Source of the DNA: Malacoraja senta
Taxonomy: Eukaryota
DNA: 64,000 nt
Direction of reading: 5' to 3'
NCBI GenBank assembly: GCA_038087875.1
Contig: CM075996.1
Coordinates: forward strand, 3,536,001 to 3,600,000
Shown here: in pieces, positions 36,511-47,985 of the stretch
Position numbering within the stretch: position 1 is the stretch's first letter
Layout of the letters: the number at the start of each line of letters is the position of its first letter
The notes under the pieces: model-generated
Seen by the model: the letters and a program-made list of their open reading frames with translations, nothing else
The model's database searches: none
What the model was told of the DNA's origin: nothing
Program-made: the position numbers and the translations under genes

Positions 36511-38087
36511 TGTCCCCCACACAAGTTGCCTGGTACTTGTTCGTCGAGAATGTAACCTGAGACTTAATATTGCCCAGTTCCTGCTGTATGCAGGCTCAGA
36601 CTGCCTCACTTGCTGAGCCACTAAACAGCAGACAGCTAAAAGCATTCTTACAGCAGAACCTCTCCATCACTACCTTTGGCCTCTTCCAACAAGGACGCCC
36701 TGTCTTTGGGCTTCTCCACCTGTCCAGCTGCACCTGAAGAATGTGTAGGAAGAAACTGCAGATGCTGGTTTAAACCTGAAGATAGACGCAAAAAGCTGGA
36801 GTAACTTAGCGGGTCAGACAGCATCCCCGGAGAAAAGGAATTGGTGACATTTCGGACCGAGGCCCTTCTTCAGTCTGAAGAAGGATCTCGACTCGAAACG
36901 TCACCTATTTCCTTTCTCGAGGGTGCAGCTGAGGAATCCCAGCCAGAGCTCAGATTTCAACTATTCCATCTATTAGATTTCTCAGTCTGAGATATTGACT
37001 CTATAAAGGCACTACACTAGTTTTTCAATGTTTGTTCACTTTGTCAGTGGACTTAAGGCAGAGATTGATTGATGTTTGGACTTTGTGAATCAGAGGATGT
37101 TGGATTAAGCAGAAATATGGATTTAATACAGGATCACTTGATGATCAAATTAAGGAAGCAACATAGCCTGTTTCAGTGCCTATCTCTGAAGTTTTCACGT
37201 GGTCATCAAGTCAGAGTTATAACGCAATAAATCGTAGAAACAGACCCTTCGGCCCATCATGTCCCTGCTGACCTTCGTGCCCATCTACACTAATCCTATT
37301 TGCCTGCATTAGACCCGTATCCTTCTATGCCTTGTCTATTTAAGTGTCTGTCTAAATGTTTCTTGTATGTATTAATAGTGACTTATTCCAGCACCATCTC
37401 CAGCAGTGAGTTCCAGATATCAAACGTCTTTCTGCGTAAAATAAATTTTCACCTAAAATTGAAGATGGACACAAAAAGCTGGAGTAAATAACTCAGCAGG
37501 ACAGGCGGCATCTCTGGACAGAAGGAATGGGTGATGGTTTGAGCCGAGACCCTTCTTCAGACCTTAAATGCCCTTCAACACGCCTTCTGATAATGTTAAA
37601 CCTATGCTTTCTGGTTGCGAAACAGGTGGCACGCTATTGCTGGCAAAAAAAGCAGATTTTCAAAGAAAAGCTGGTTTTCATCCTGATTACTGGGATTAGT
37701 TTAGTTTAGAGATACAGCGCAGAAACAAGATTCAAGGTTCAAAAGGGTTTATTGCCATCACAGCCGTATACACACTGAGATAGCGTTTCCCCAGAACCTC
37801 TGTGCTACATAGAACACAATTGGACAACATGCTACATATATAGATAATACTATGCTATACACATGGTGCATACACACTGAGATAGCAATGAGATAGCGTT
37901 TCCCCAGAAACTCAGTGCTACATAGAACACAATTGGACAACATGCTACATATATAGATAATACTATGCTATACACATGGTGCAAAACCTTCCTAACTAAA
38001 GTGCAACGAAGTAAATAGCAAACGTACAAAACAGCAACACAGGACAGTAGACAACAGTGCAACACAGTGCAATGTACACAAACCTAT

Positions 38088-38477
38088 ATTGAAACATATA
38101 AGATTGTAAAGGGTTTGGACACGCTAGAGGCAGGAAACATGTTCCCGATGTTGGGGGAGTCCAGAACCAGGGGCCACACACAGTTTAAGAATAAGGAGTA
38201 AGCCATTTAGAACGGAGACGAGGAAACACTTTTTCTCCCAGAGAGTGGCGAGTCTGTGGAATTCTCTGCCTCAGAGGGCGGTGGAGGTGGGTTCACTGGA
38301 TGCTTTCAAGAGAGAGCTAGATAGGGCTCTTAAAAATAGCGGAGTCAGGGGATATGGGGAGAAGGCAGGAACGGGGTACAGATTGGGGATGATCAGCCAT
38401 GATCACATTGAATGGCGGTACTGGCTCGAAGGGCCAAATGGCCTACTCCTGCACCTATTGTCTATTGTCTGTTGTCT
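38088..38477 (+). mobile_element. CR1 3' fragment
   Basis: ETYKIVKGLDTLEAG...LWNSLPQRAVE; TATTGTC tail. Confidence 0.9.
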
Positions 38478-41400
38478 GGGGGGGGGGGGGGGTATTCAGA
38501 TCAGTCCCTGAGCGTTGAGTCGGATGGCCTGGGGGAAGAAGCTGTTGCATAGTCTGGATGTGAAGGACCATATGCTTTGGTACCTTCTGCCAGATGGGAG
38601 GGGGGAGAAAAGTTTACGTGAGGGGTGGGTGGGGTCCTCCGCAATGCTGTTTACTTTGACCAGCGATCCCCGTACATTAGCCCTGTCCTACACACACTAG
38701 GACAATTTACAATTTTATCAAGCCAATTAGCCTACAAACTTGTAAAGTCTGGAGTGTGGGAGGAAACTGGAGCACCCAAAGAAAATCCACACAGCTCACG
38801 GGGAGAGCGTACAAACTCCGTACAGACAGCACCCGTAGTCAGGATCGAACCCGGATCTCTGGCGCTGTAAGGCAGCAACACTACCCGCTGTGCCACCATG
38901 CCGGGTTAATAGTTTACCAACAAGGTTCCCAGGGGGACATGACACACACTGCTGTAGGTTTCATCTGAAGAAGGGTCTCGATCAGAAACGTCGCCCATTC
39001 CCTCATCCAGAGACGCTGCTCGTCCCGCTGAGTTACTCCAGCATTTTGCGTCTATCTTCAGTTTAAACCAGCGTCTGCACTTCCTTCCAACACATTGCGT
39101 CTGCTGTAGGTTTCGACTGGCACCATAATTTAGGTTCTTTACAGCGGCTGGACCTGCTGGGGAGAGCAAGGCGGTGGGTGTAATATTGGAAGCTCAAATT
39201 CTGTCAACCTGTGTAAGAACAACTGATAAGTTCCCCACAGAGTCACAGCCATTTCCCGCTGCCATGCCAGTCAGTGAGAGATTAGGTCTGATAAATTTCC
39301 ATATTTGGGCCTCTCGTGAATATTCAGCATTCGTAGGTTTTAGGTGGTGAGTCTGTAACATTTCCAGGCATGCGATCTTCATTGGTTTGTAATATTTCCA
39401 GAAATGAAATGTTTAATCTGTGATAATTTATGTGAGATAAGCAGCTGCAACAATTTGCTTTGTGCTATTTTCAGATTGGTGCCGATCCACCTATAGTATT
39501 ATGCTTGTAGATTGAAGATGAGCCACATACTAATTCTAGATCTTCGGGATTTTCAACCTGTGGTATTTCTTGATTTGTAAAAGTCCATGTATTTTTTACA
39601 CGCCCCTGATGTGCGTGAATCTGAAGAAGGGACTCGACCCGAAACGTCACCCATTCCTTCTCTCCAGAGACGCTGCCTGTCCCGCTGTGTTGCTCCAGCG
39701 TTTTGTGTCCACCTTTGTTTTAAACCAGCACCTGCAGTTCCTTCCTACACTGGATGTATGAGAGATACGTAGAGTCATAAACCATGGAAACAGGCCCTTT
39801 GCCCCAACTTGCCCACAACGACCGGCGCGTCCCATCTACACTAGCCCCACCTGCCTGCGTTTGGCCCATTCCCCTCTAAACCTCTCCTATCCATGTACCT
39901 GTCTAAATGGTTCTTAAAATGTTGCGATAGTCCCTGCCTCAAATACCTCCTCCGGCAGCTCGTTCCATACACCCACCAACCTTTGTGTAAAAAAGTTATC
40001 CCTCAGATTCCTATTAAATCTTTCCCCCCTCACCTTAAGCCTATGTCCTTTACTTCTCGAATCCCCTTCACTTGGGAAAGAGACTCTGTACGTGACATGA
40101 AACATGTTGATATCTGTAGTTTTCACACCTATGAGGTGTATGCATGTGTGTGTAACGTTTCTGGAATTTAGATATTAGTTAGATATTTAGATGCCATCAG
40201 GTTGAGGGGCTGACAAGTATTAACAGGTAAGATGATCATTGTCCTCTGTATGTGTTTCAGCATAGATATAATGGGCTGAGATGCCTGTTTCCGTGTTCTG
40301 TTGCACTATAACCACATCTTTAGGTTTCCCTGTATGTTGCATAATATTGTGCAGCTCTTTCATCGTCACTGGTTATAAATCCTGGAACTTGCTGCCCAAC
40401 AGTGCAATGGGAGCACCTTCACCACTTGGTCTGTAGCTATCAACGCCTTGGTGATTTTAATGCTTGTCTGGATACTTCTAAGATTTTGTGACATCCTCTG
40501 TCTCCCCCCACCTTCTCACTACAGTGAGGGTGGTGAATCTGTGGAATTCATTGCCACAGACGGCTGTGGATGCCAAGTCAATGGGTATTTTTAAGGCGGA
40601 AATTGACAGATTGTGCATTAGTAAGGGGGAGAAGGCAGGAGAATGGGGTTGAGAGGGAAAGATAGCTCAGCCATTATTGAATGGCGGAATAGACGATGGG
40701 TTGAATTGCTTAATTCTGCTCCTGGAATTTATGAACATGTGTTCCAGGATTCCAAATACCCTCTGGGTGAAAGAAATTCTACTTGCATTCAGCAGAACTA
40801 TTGCCTTTGAACGTTGGGATGAGGCAGTTAAACGTTGGACATCTAGCAGGATGCACATAAGTATTATTGATCGCATATTGGCCCTCATCGGAACGTGCTC
40901 CAGAACTCAATTGTGTAGGAAGGAACTGCAGATGTGGGTTTAAACTGAAGATACACACAAAATGCTGGAGTAACTTAGTGGATCAGGCAGCGTCTCTGGA
41001 GAAAAAGTATTGGGTGACGTTTTGGGTCGGACTGCAGTCTGAAGAGGGGTTCTGACCCGAAGCGTCACCCATCCTTTTTCTACAGAGACGCTGCCTAACC
41101 CGCTGAGTTACTCCAGCACTTTGTGCCTATCTCCAGGACTCAATTAGACACAAAATGCTGGAGTAACTCAGCGGGACAGGGAGCATCTCTGGAGAGAAGG
41201 AATGGGTGACGTTTCAGGTCGAGACCCTTCTCTAGACTGAGGGCCAGGGGAATTTTCTTCACTTCCCTCCACAGATACTGCTCCATGGGTACTACAGCGG
41301 AGTGCTTGTAGGTGCTCCAGAACTTGCTGCTCAGGCAAGCGTTGGTTTATTATCTGGAGGGTGCTGATTGGATTCATGGTAAGCGCATTGCAATCAGTCT

Positions 41401-44291
41401 CTTCCTGAACATGCAGACAGACAGACAGAAAATGACTCTGAAGAAATGAATTTCAATCTCCAGGTGCTTTCTATGCTTTGACCTCCTGTTTCTGGATTAA
41501 TGGTCCAAGCCTCAAGTAACTTGACCTCTGCACTGGCATTCTATTTTTCTTCCCCCTTTCCCCACTCCCTGTCAGTCTTTCTCTCCATCTGGTGGCAGGT
41601 ATGAGCATCCCCCCCCCCCCCCCACCTCCTCCCACCATGTCCCAGTTTTGATTTAGTCTGTGGCACCAACTCGTGAGAAAACGCTGTTGTTAATTTCAAG
41701 CGCGGTGACTTTAATTTTTCTCTTCTTTTCTTCCACCAGACATCCCGTAACAAATAACATCACAGTTAATCCAAAGGCTGAAGCCGCTAACTCAGTACCA
41801 GCCACTGACTGTCCCTGATGGCTGTCTGCTGGCTGAATTTAAGCAATGCAACAACACACAGTCTGAATTTAAACAACACACCATCCAGAGGGAATCTGAT
41901 GCGAGAGAGAGGTTAAAGAAATCCAGGGAGAAGTTATCCCAGCTGGCTCAAGCCTCGAGGTATTTCATTTGATTCCCCTCTCTCCCTCCCTCTCCCAGCT
42001 CTCCGCACAATATACATTATTTAAAAAAAATAAATGAATACCTGCAAAGTGAAAGACGTGCTCGGAACACCATCGGCTCCGAGAGGGATTCCTGCGATGT
42101 TGTGAACCTTTTGGGGGTTTTAGTGCTGTAGCAGGCGGAAGTGGGGGAATTTGTGAAGTTTCGCACTCTTGTTACTGAAGGCAGGGAGCTGAGCACGCAG
42201 TGTGCGGGAGGGAAGCCTGGCATTGATATAACGCCCTTCACACACTATGGATTCCCAAGTGCCTCGCAGCTGGTTATTTCTGACGTCTTTAAAACACAAA
42301 AAAAAGACACAAAGTGCTGGAGTAACTCAGCGGGCCAGGCAGCCTCCATGGAGGACACAGAAACATAGAAACATAGAAAATAGGTGCAGGAGTAGGCCAT
42401 TCGGCCCTTCGAGCCTGCACCGCCATTCGATATGATCATGGCTAATCATCCAACTCATTATCCCATCCCTGCCTTCTCTCCATACCCCCTGATCCCTTTA
42501 GCCGCAAGGGCCACATCTAACTCCCTCTTAAATATAGCCAATGAACTGGCCTCAACTACCTTGTGTGGGAAGGAACTGCAAATGCTGTCTTACACCGAAG
42601 ATAGACACAAAATGCTGGGGTAACTCAGCTGGACAGGCAGCATCTCTGGAGAGAAGGAAAGGGTGATGTTTTGGGTCGAGACCCTTCTTCAGGCTGAGAG
42701 TCAGGGGAAAGGGAGACTAGAGATATGGAAGGGTAAGGTGTGAAAATGTCTGATCAAAGCAGACGGTGATCAAGGAAATGTAGAACGGTTCATTGTTGGC
42801 TGAGGGGAAGGTGACAACGAGGTGTACAATCAGTGAAATTGGAGAATGGGGGGGGGGGGGGGGGGTTACTGTCACCACCTCTTCCTGTTTGTTTTTCCCA
42901 CCAACCACAATCAGTCTGAAGAAGGGTCCCAACCCAAAACATCATCCACCATGTTCACCAGAGATGCTGCCTGACCAGCTGAGTTACTCCAGCATCTGCA
43001 GCCCCTCGTGTCTACATATTTCTGAAGTGTAGTCACTGTAGTAATGTAGGCAAAGACTAGACAGGTCTCCCCGCAAGATGGGGGTGAAATTCTTCAAGAT
43101 TCAAGATTCAAGAGAGTTTATTGTCATGTGTCCCTGGTAGGACAATGAAATTCTTGCTTTGCTTCAGCACAACAGAACATAGTAGGTATTGACTACAGAA
43201 CAGATCAATGTGTCTATATACCATTATATAAATATATACACACATGAATAAATAAACTGATCAAATGCAAATAACAGATAATGGGCTATTAATGTTCAGA
43301 GTTTTCTCCCTGGACTTCTGCCTAATAGTGCTTACTTTATTCTACTTCTGCTGTGAGTTCACACCACAAGTCGTCGCAGTTGCCTGGCTGCCATTTGTTA
43401 CTCTAGACTATTCCAACACTCCCCTGACCTCTCGTGTGAAGAAGGGTCTCGACCCGAAATGCCATCCATTCCTTCTCTCCAGAGATGCTGCCTGTCCCGC
43501 TGAGTTTACTCCAGCATTTTGTGTCTAACTCCCCTTGACTTCTCCCATTTGCCCTCCATAAACCTGGGCCTCTCAAAATCTTTTGCTGACAATGTCCTAA
43601 CTGGATCAAGTCCTGATTCTCCATCACCATGTATTTTGTGACCTGTACTGGCTTCACATTAAGCCATTCCCCTCTTGGACTTGCACAACCCTGTCTCTGG
43701 AATCACTTCTATTCTTGTAAAACAACGAGATCTCTGCACAATTCGCTGAAACTCTCGCTCAATCTCTGGATTTAACCTTTGGGAACTTTTTACATGTTCT
43801 GCCGAGATTTCAACTTTCTCTCTGTCTTTCTGCCCTTAAGATGTCCTTTAAAGCCTTGACCTTCAATTAAGTTTTCTGCAATCCGTCCCCGAATGGTTCA
43901 CCGTTAAATGTTATTTTATTATGCTGCCCCTTCAAGGTGTTAGCTCTGTTACGATTGTAGTGGAAATCGAGATTAGTGGGTGGACCCAAAAATTATCTGG
44001 AGTAGCTCAGCGGATTGTGAAGCATGCCTTGAGAACATGGATAGGTGACATTTCGGGTTTGGAACATCACCTGTGCATGTTCTCCAGCGATGCTGCCTCA
44101 TCTGCTGAGCTACTCCAGCATTTTGTGTCTTTCCTTGGTGAACCAGCATCTGCAGTTCCTTGTTCCAACCAAACATTTCCAGTCCATTGTTTTTCCACCT
44201 TTTGTTTCACAACCATTCACAACATGGTGTGATCCTGGTCTAAGTTAAAGGGACTCAATATGACCCAGCAACAAAGCTCAATATATGAGCG

Positions 44292-44514
44292 TTTAAGAAG
44301 GAACTGCAGATGCTGGAAAATCGAAGGTAGACAAAAATGCTGGAGAATCTCAGCGGGTGAGGCAGCATCTATGGAGCGAAGGAAATAGGCAACGTTTCGG
44401 GTCGAAACTCTTCTTCAGACTGAAGAAGGGTTTCGACCCGAAACGTTGCCTATTTCCTTCGCTCCATAGATGCTGCCTCACCCGCTGAGTTTCTCCAGCA
44501 TTTTTGTCTACCTT
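44292..44514. mobile_element. Palindromic PLE-derived insertion with two opposed hammerhead-like cores
   Basis: 13 bp perfect TSD CAATATATGAGCG (44279-44291, 44515-44527); ~95 bp arms around axis 44419; + strand core CTGAAGAAGGGTTTCGACCCGAAACGTT at 44420-44447. Confidence 0.9.
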
Positions 44515-45132
44515 CAATATATGAGCGGTATACCTTGGCTGTACCCAGTGGTTTATATCGGCAGAAAGGCACCAGTACACATCGTTTCTTGCCGTTGGTG
44601 TCTATGGCAGATCGCCACACTATAAGCTGCTTGAGGACCTGACTTCCCAATTTAATTAATACATTTCACTTTTTTAGACCTGTAATATTTTTGCAATACT
44701 AACAATTCTAAAAATTTGAAAATCTAGTTTAAACTTTTTTGAGGTGCTGATACACTGTGCTCTCACAAAAAAATTCACCAGCTCAGTCACCAAAAAGAGA
44801 GTCTCGACCCAAAACATCACCTATTCCTTCGCTCCATAGATGCTGTCTCACCCGCTGAGTTTCTCCAGCATTTTTGTCCACGTCCCAAAGAGGAGATCAG
44901 TTCAATTAGTTTATCGTTCAGTTTATTGTCACATGTGCCGAGGTACAGTGAAACGCTTTTGTTGCGTGCTACCCAGTCAGTATAAAGGCAATACATGATT
45001 ACAATCGAGCCATTTACAGTGTATAGATAGATACACGATAAGGGAATTGCGTTTAGTGCAAAGTGAAAATAGACACAAAATGCTGGAGTAACCCAGCGGG
45101 ACAGGCAGCATCTCTGGAGAGAAGGAATGGGT

Positions 45133-45160
45133 GACGTTTCGGGTCGAGACCCTTCTTCAG
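45133..45160 (-). ncRNA. Minimal hammerhead-ribozyme-like motif (consensus copy)
   Basis: Reverse complement is CTGAAGAAGGGTCTCGACCCGAAACGTC, within a short insertion with 11 bp TSD TAGTGCAAAGT (45054-45064, 45168-45178). Confidence 0.65.
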
Positions 45161-45516
45161 ACAGATGTAGTGCAAAGTAAAGCCAGTTAAGTCCGATCAT
45201 AGATAGTCCGAGGGTCTCCAATGAAGTAGATAGTGGTTCAGTTGTTGGTTGTTTTTTAATTGCAAGCTCTGTGGTTTTGTGGTCCTGTGATATCGGAGAT
45301 GAAACCAAAAGCTTTGATGTCAGCTGTGATTCAACTTGTGGTGCTCTCATCAGGGGGGGGTCACAGGTTCAGATCTCACCCTGGGGATGTGAGAACATGA
45401 TGCAGGCTAATGTACCGAAGCAGAAGAGAGTGCTGCCCGTGTCCATGGGATTTTAAACCATCAGCCGCTTGTGAAAGTGGCCGAAGGGGTGGTACGATGG
45501 CGCAGCGGTAGAGTTA

Positions 45517-45821
45517 AAGGCCTGTCCCACTGTACGAGGTAATTCAAGAGCTCTGCCGAGTTTCCCTGATTCGAACTCGGAGAATTACGGTAATGGCCGT
45601 TCGTAGGTACTCTGGGCTCTCGTGGACATTTTTCACAGTGCTGAAAAAACTTCACGAGTTACCGCGTTTCCCGAGTACCTGCCGTTAGCGTTACGAGCCG
45701 CTACGAGACATCCACGAGCTCCGACATAGCCGCTACGTACATTCTACGTACTTACCACGAGTTTGATTTTTTAAAAACTCGGGAGAGCTCTTGAATTAGC
45801 TCGTACAGTGGGACGGGCCCT
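45517..45821. mobile_element. PIF/Harbinger-like MITE inserted in a V-SINE
   Basis: Same TIRs as 6871-7187; TWA flanks. Confidence 0.85.
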
Positions 45822-46527
45822 TAAGTGCTAGTGCTTGTCGGCACAGACGTGGTGGGCCGAAGGGCCTGTTTCCGTGCTGTATCTCTAAAGTTTAATGTAA
45901 TGTATAATGCCGATCACCTTGTACACTAACACTATCCTACACACTGTGGACAATTTTTTTTACAATTTTCATTTACCTGTTCATCCTTGGAGTGTGGGAG
46001 GAAACCGGAGCATGTGGGGAAAGCCCACACAGTCAGAGTGAGAACGTACAAACTCCGTACAGACAGCATCTGACGTCAGGATCGAACCCGGGTCTCTGGC
46101 GTGGTGAGGCGACAACTCTACCCGCTGCGCCACCGTGCCGCCCTCTTCGCAGAGACAAGGGGTAGAGCTCGGGTCATTTTAGCAACTTTAGAGCACAGTT
46201 GGAGATGCACTGGCCAGCTCTGGAGACCAGAACTGGGCCGCACTGGCCAAATGTGGGGATTGTTGACCCCTATTATCTTTGTAAGGTATCAACTGGCATG
46301 TTGAAGTGATCTGATCGGTCACTTTGCAGATCATCATTTATCTGTAAAAAGATGAAAGCCAGACTGCACTGGCTAGCTCTGGGGACCAGAGTCAGCACCA
46401 CACTGGCCACACTGGCCTTGCCAACGTCATCTCCGCTCGCCACTCACCCTTGAACTGAATCCATCTGCACCGTGGGATACCTCTTTCTTCTCTTCAGAAT
46501 ATTGTCACATTCTCAAAATAAGTCCGT

Positions 46528-46541
46528 GTTGCTATGGAAAC
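46528..46541. promoter_or_regulatory. RFX X-box motif GTTGCTATGGAAAC
   Basis: Strong match to the RFX consensus, in unique sequence. Confidence 0.5.
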
Positions 46542-46666
46542 TGCCTGCTTGCAATGTGAAACATGGAAAAGTGGGTGCTGCTTTATAGAAATTAGATGGT
46601 GATTTGGAAAATGGTCAATTGGAAACCAGCCAGAAAATCGTGCAATTCTATCCCGGGTCTGTTTGC

Positions 46667-46849
46667 ATCAGAGAATATTCTCGGCTGTTTAACCGGTTGT
46701 GTTCTCGTTGGCTTTTTGACGTCGGGGGGGGGTCTTGGGTTGTCTGAGGGAATTGGTGCAGGACTAGTCCCTCAGACAACCCAAGAACCCCGATGTCAAA
46801 AAAGCCAACGAGAACACAACCAGTTAAACAGCCGAGAATATTCTCTGAT
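46667..46849. repeat. Near-perfect hairpin: arms 46667-46751 and 46768-46849
   Basis: ATCAGAGAATATTCTCGGCTGTTTAAC...GTCTGAGGGA / TCCCTCAGAC...GTTAAACAGCCGAGAATATTCTCTGAT; 16 nt spacer. Confidence 0.95.
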
Positions 46850-47481
46850 CGTTTCCACATGCATATCATTAGAGCACCCGCACTGCCAGAGATGGACTCC
46901 AGCCTTGGCGAAAGGAGGACATCCAGACCACAGACTCCATTTGCTGCCTCGCTCGCTCTCACTCTCTCTCTCAGTGGGTGTCTGGGCTCTGAGCTTGGGG
47001 CTACAAGGTGTGTGTTGTACCCAGTGTGACTTCTCTGAGTGGGGGGGGAAAAGCTAATTCATTTTACTGCTGAGGGGTTTTTCAAAAATCAAAAACCTGG
47101 CGCAGCTCAGTAATCCTGATTTCGAGGCAATTTTGAGCGAACAAAGACTCTCAGTAACTCTATGACAACGGGAAACTGTGGCCCATAGCACAACAATGAC
47201 ACGCATGATTCAGTATCTGTCATGTGGCAAAGTGCATTAGATACCTTGCCAGCCTCTCACCCTTTAACCCTCTCACCCTCTAGTACTCTAATGCTCTCAC
47301 CCTCCATTCCTCTCACCCTCTTCCCCTCTCACCCTGTCACCCACCAGTGTATATTATCTCCACATAAGGACACAAAATGCTGGAGGAACTCAGCGTGTCA
47401 GGCAGCATCTGTGGAGAACAAGGATAGGGGACGTTTTGGGTTAAGGTCATCCTCCTCCCGCCACATATTGGTTGGTATATA

Positions 47482-47985
47482 GTGTGTGTGGTGTGCTTGC
47501 ATTTGTGTGTGTGGTGTGTTTGCATGTGTGTGTGTGGTGTGCTTGCATTTGTGTGTGTGGTGTGTTTGCATGTGTGTGTGGTGTGTTTGCATGTGTGTGT
47601 GTGGTGTGTTTGCATGTGTTTGCGTGTGTGTGATGTGTTTGCATGTGTTTGCGTGTGTGTGTGTGGTGTGTTTGCATATGTGTGTGGTGTGTTTGCATGT
47701 GTTAGCGTGTGTGTGATGTGTTTGCATGTGTCTGCGTGTGTGCGGTGTGTTTGCGTGTGTGTGATGTGTTTGCACGTGTTTGCGTGTGTGGTGCGTTTAT
47801 ATGTGTGTGTGGTGTGTTTGCATGTGTGTGGTGTGTTTGCGTGTGTGTGTGTGCCTGTGGTGTGTTTGCATGTGGCGTGTTTGCGTGTGTGTGTGTGTGT
47901 GGTGTGTATGCATGTGTGTGTGTGTGTGTGGTGTGTATGCATGTGTGTTTTTGCATGTGTGTGTGGTGTTTGCATGTGCGCATGT
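47482..47985. repeat. TG-rich satellite (GTGTGTTTGCATGT-like units); second copy at 54191-54450
   Basis: Visible tandem units; source of the H/T- and C/V-rich ORFs. Confidence 0.95.

Noticed and set aside
41580..41598. CTCF site (CCACCAGATGG on minus)
   Set aside because: The 3' part of the motif does not match; too weak without data.
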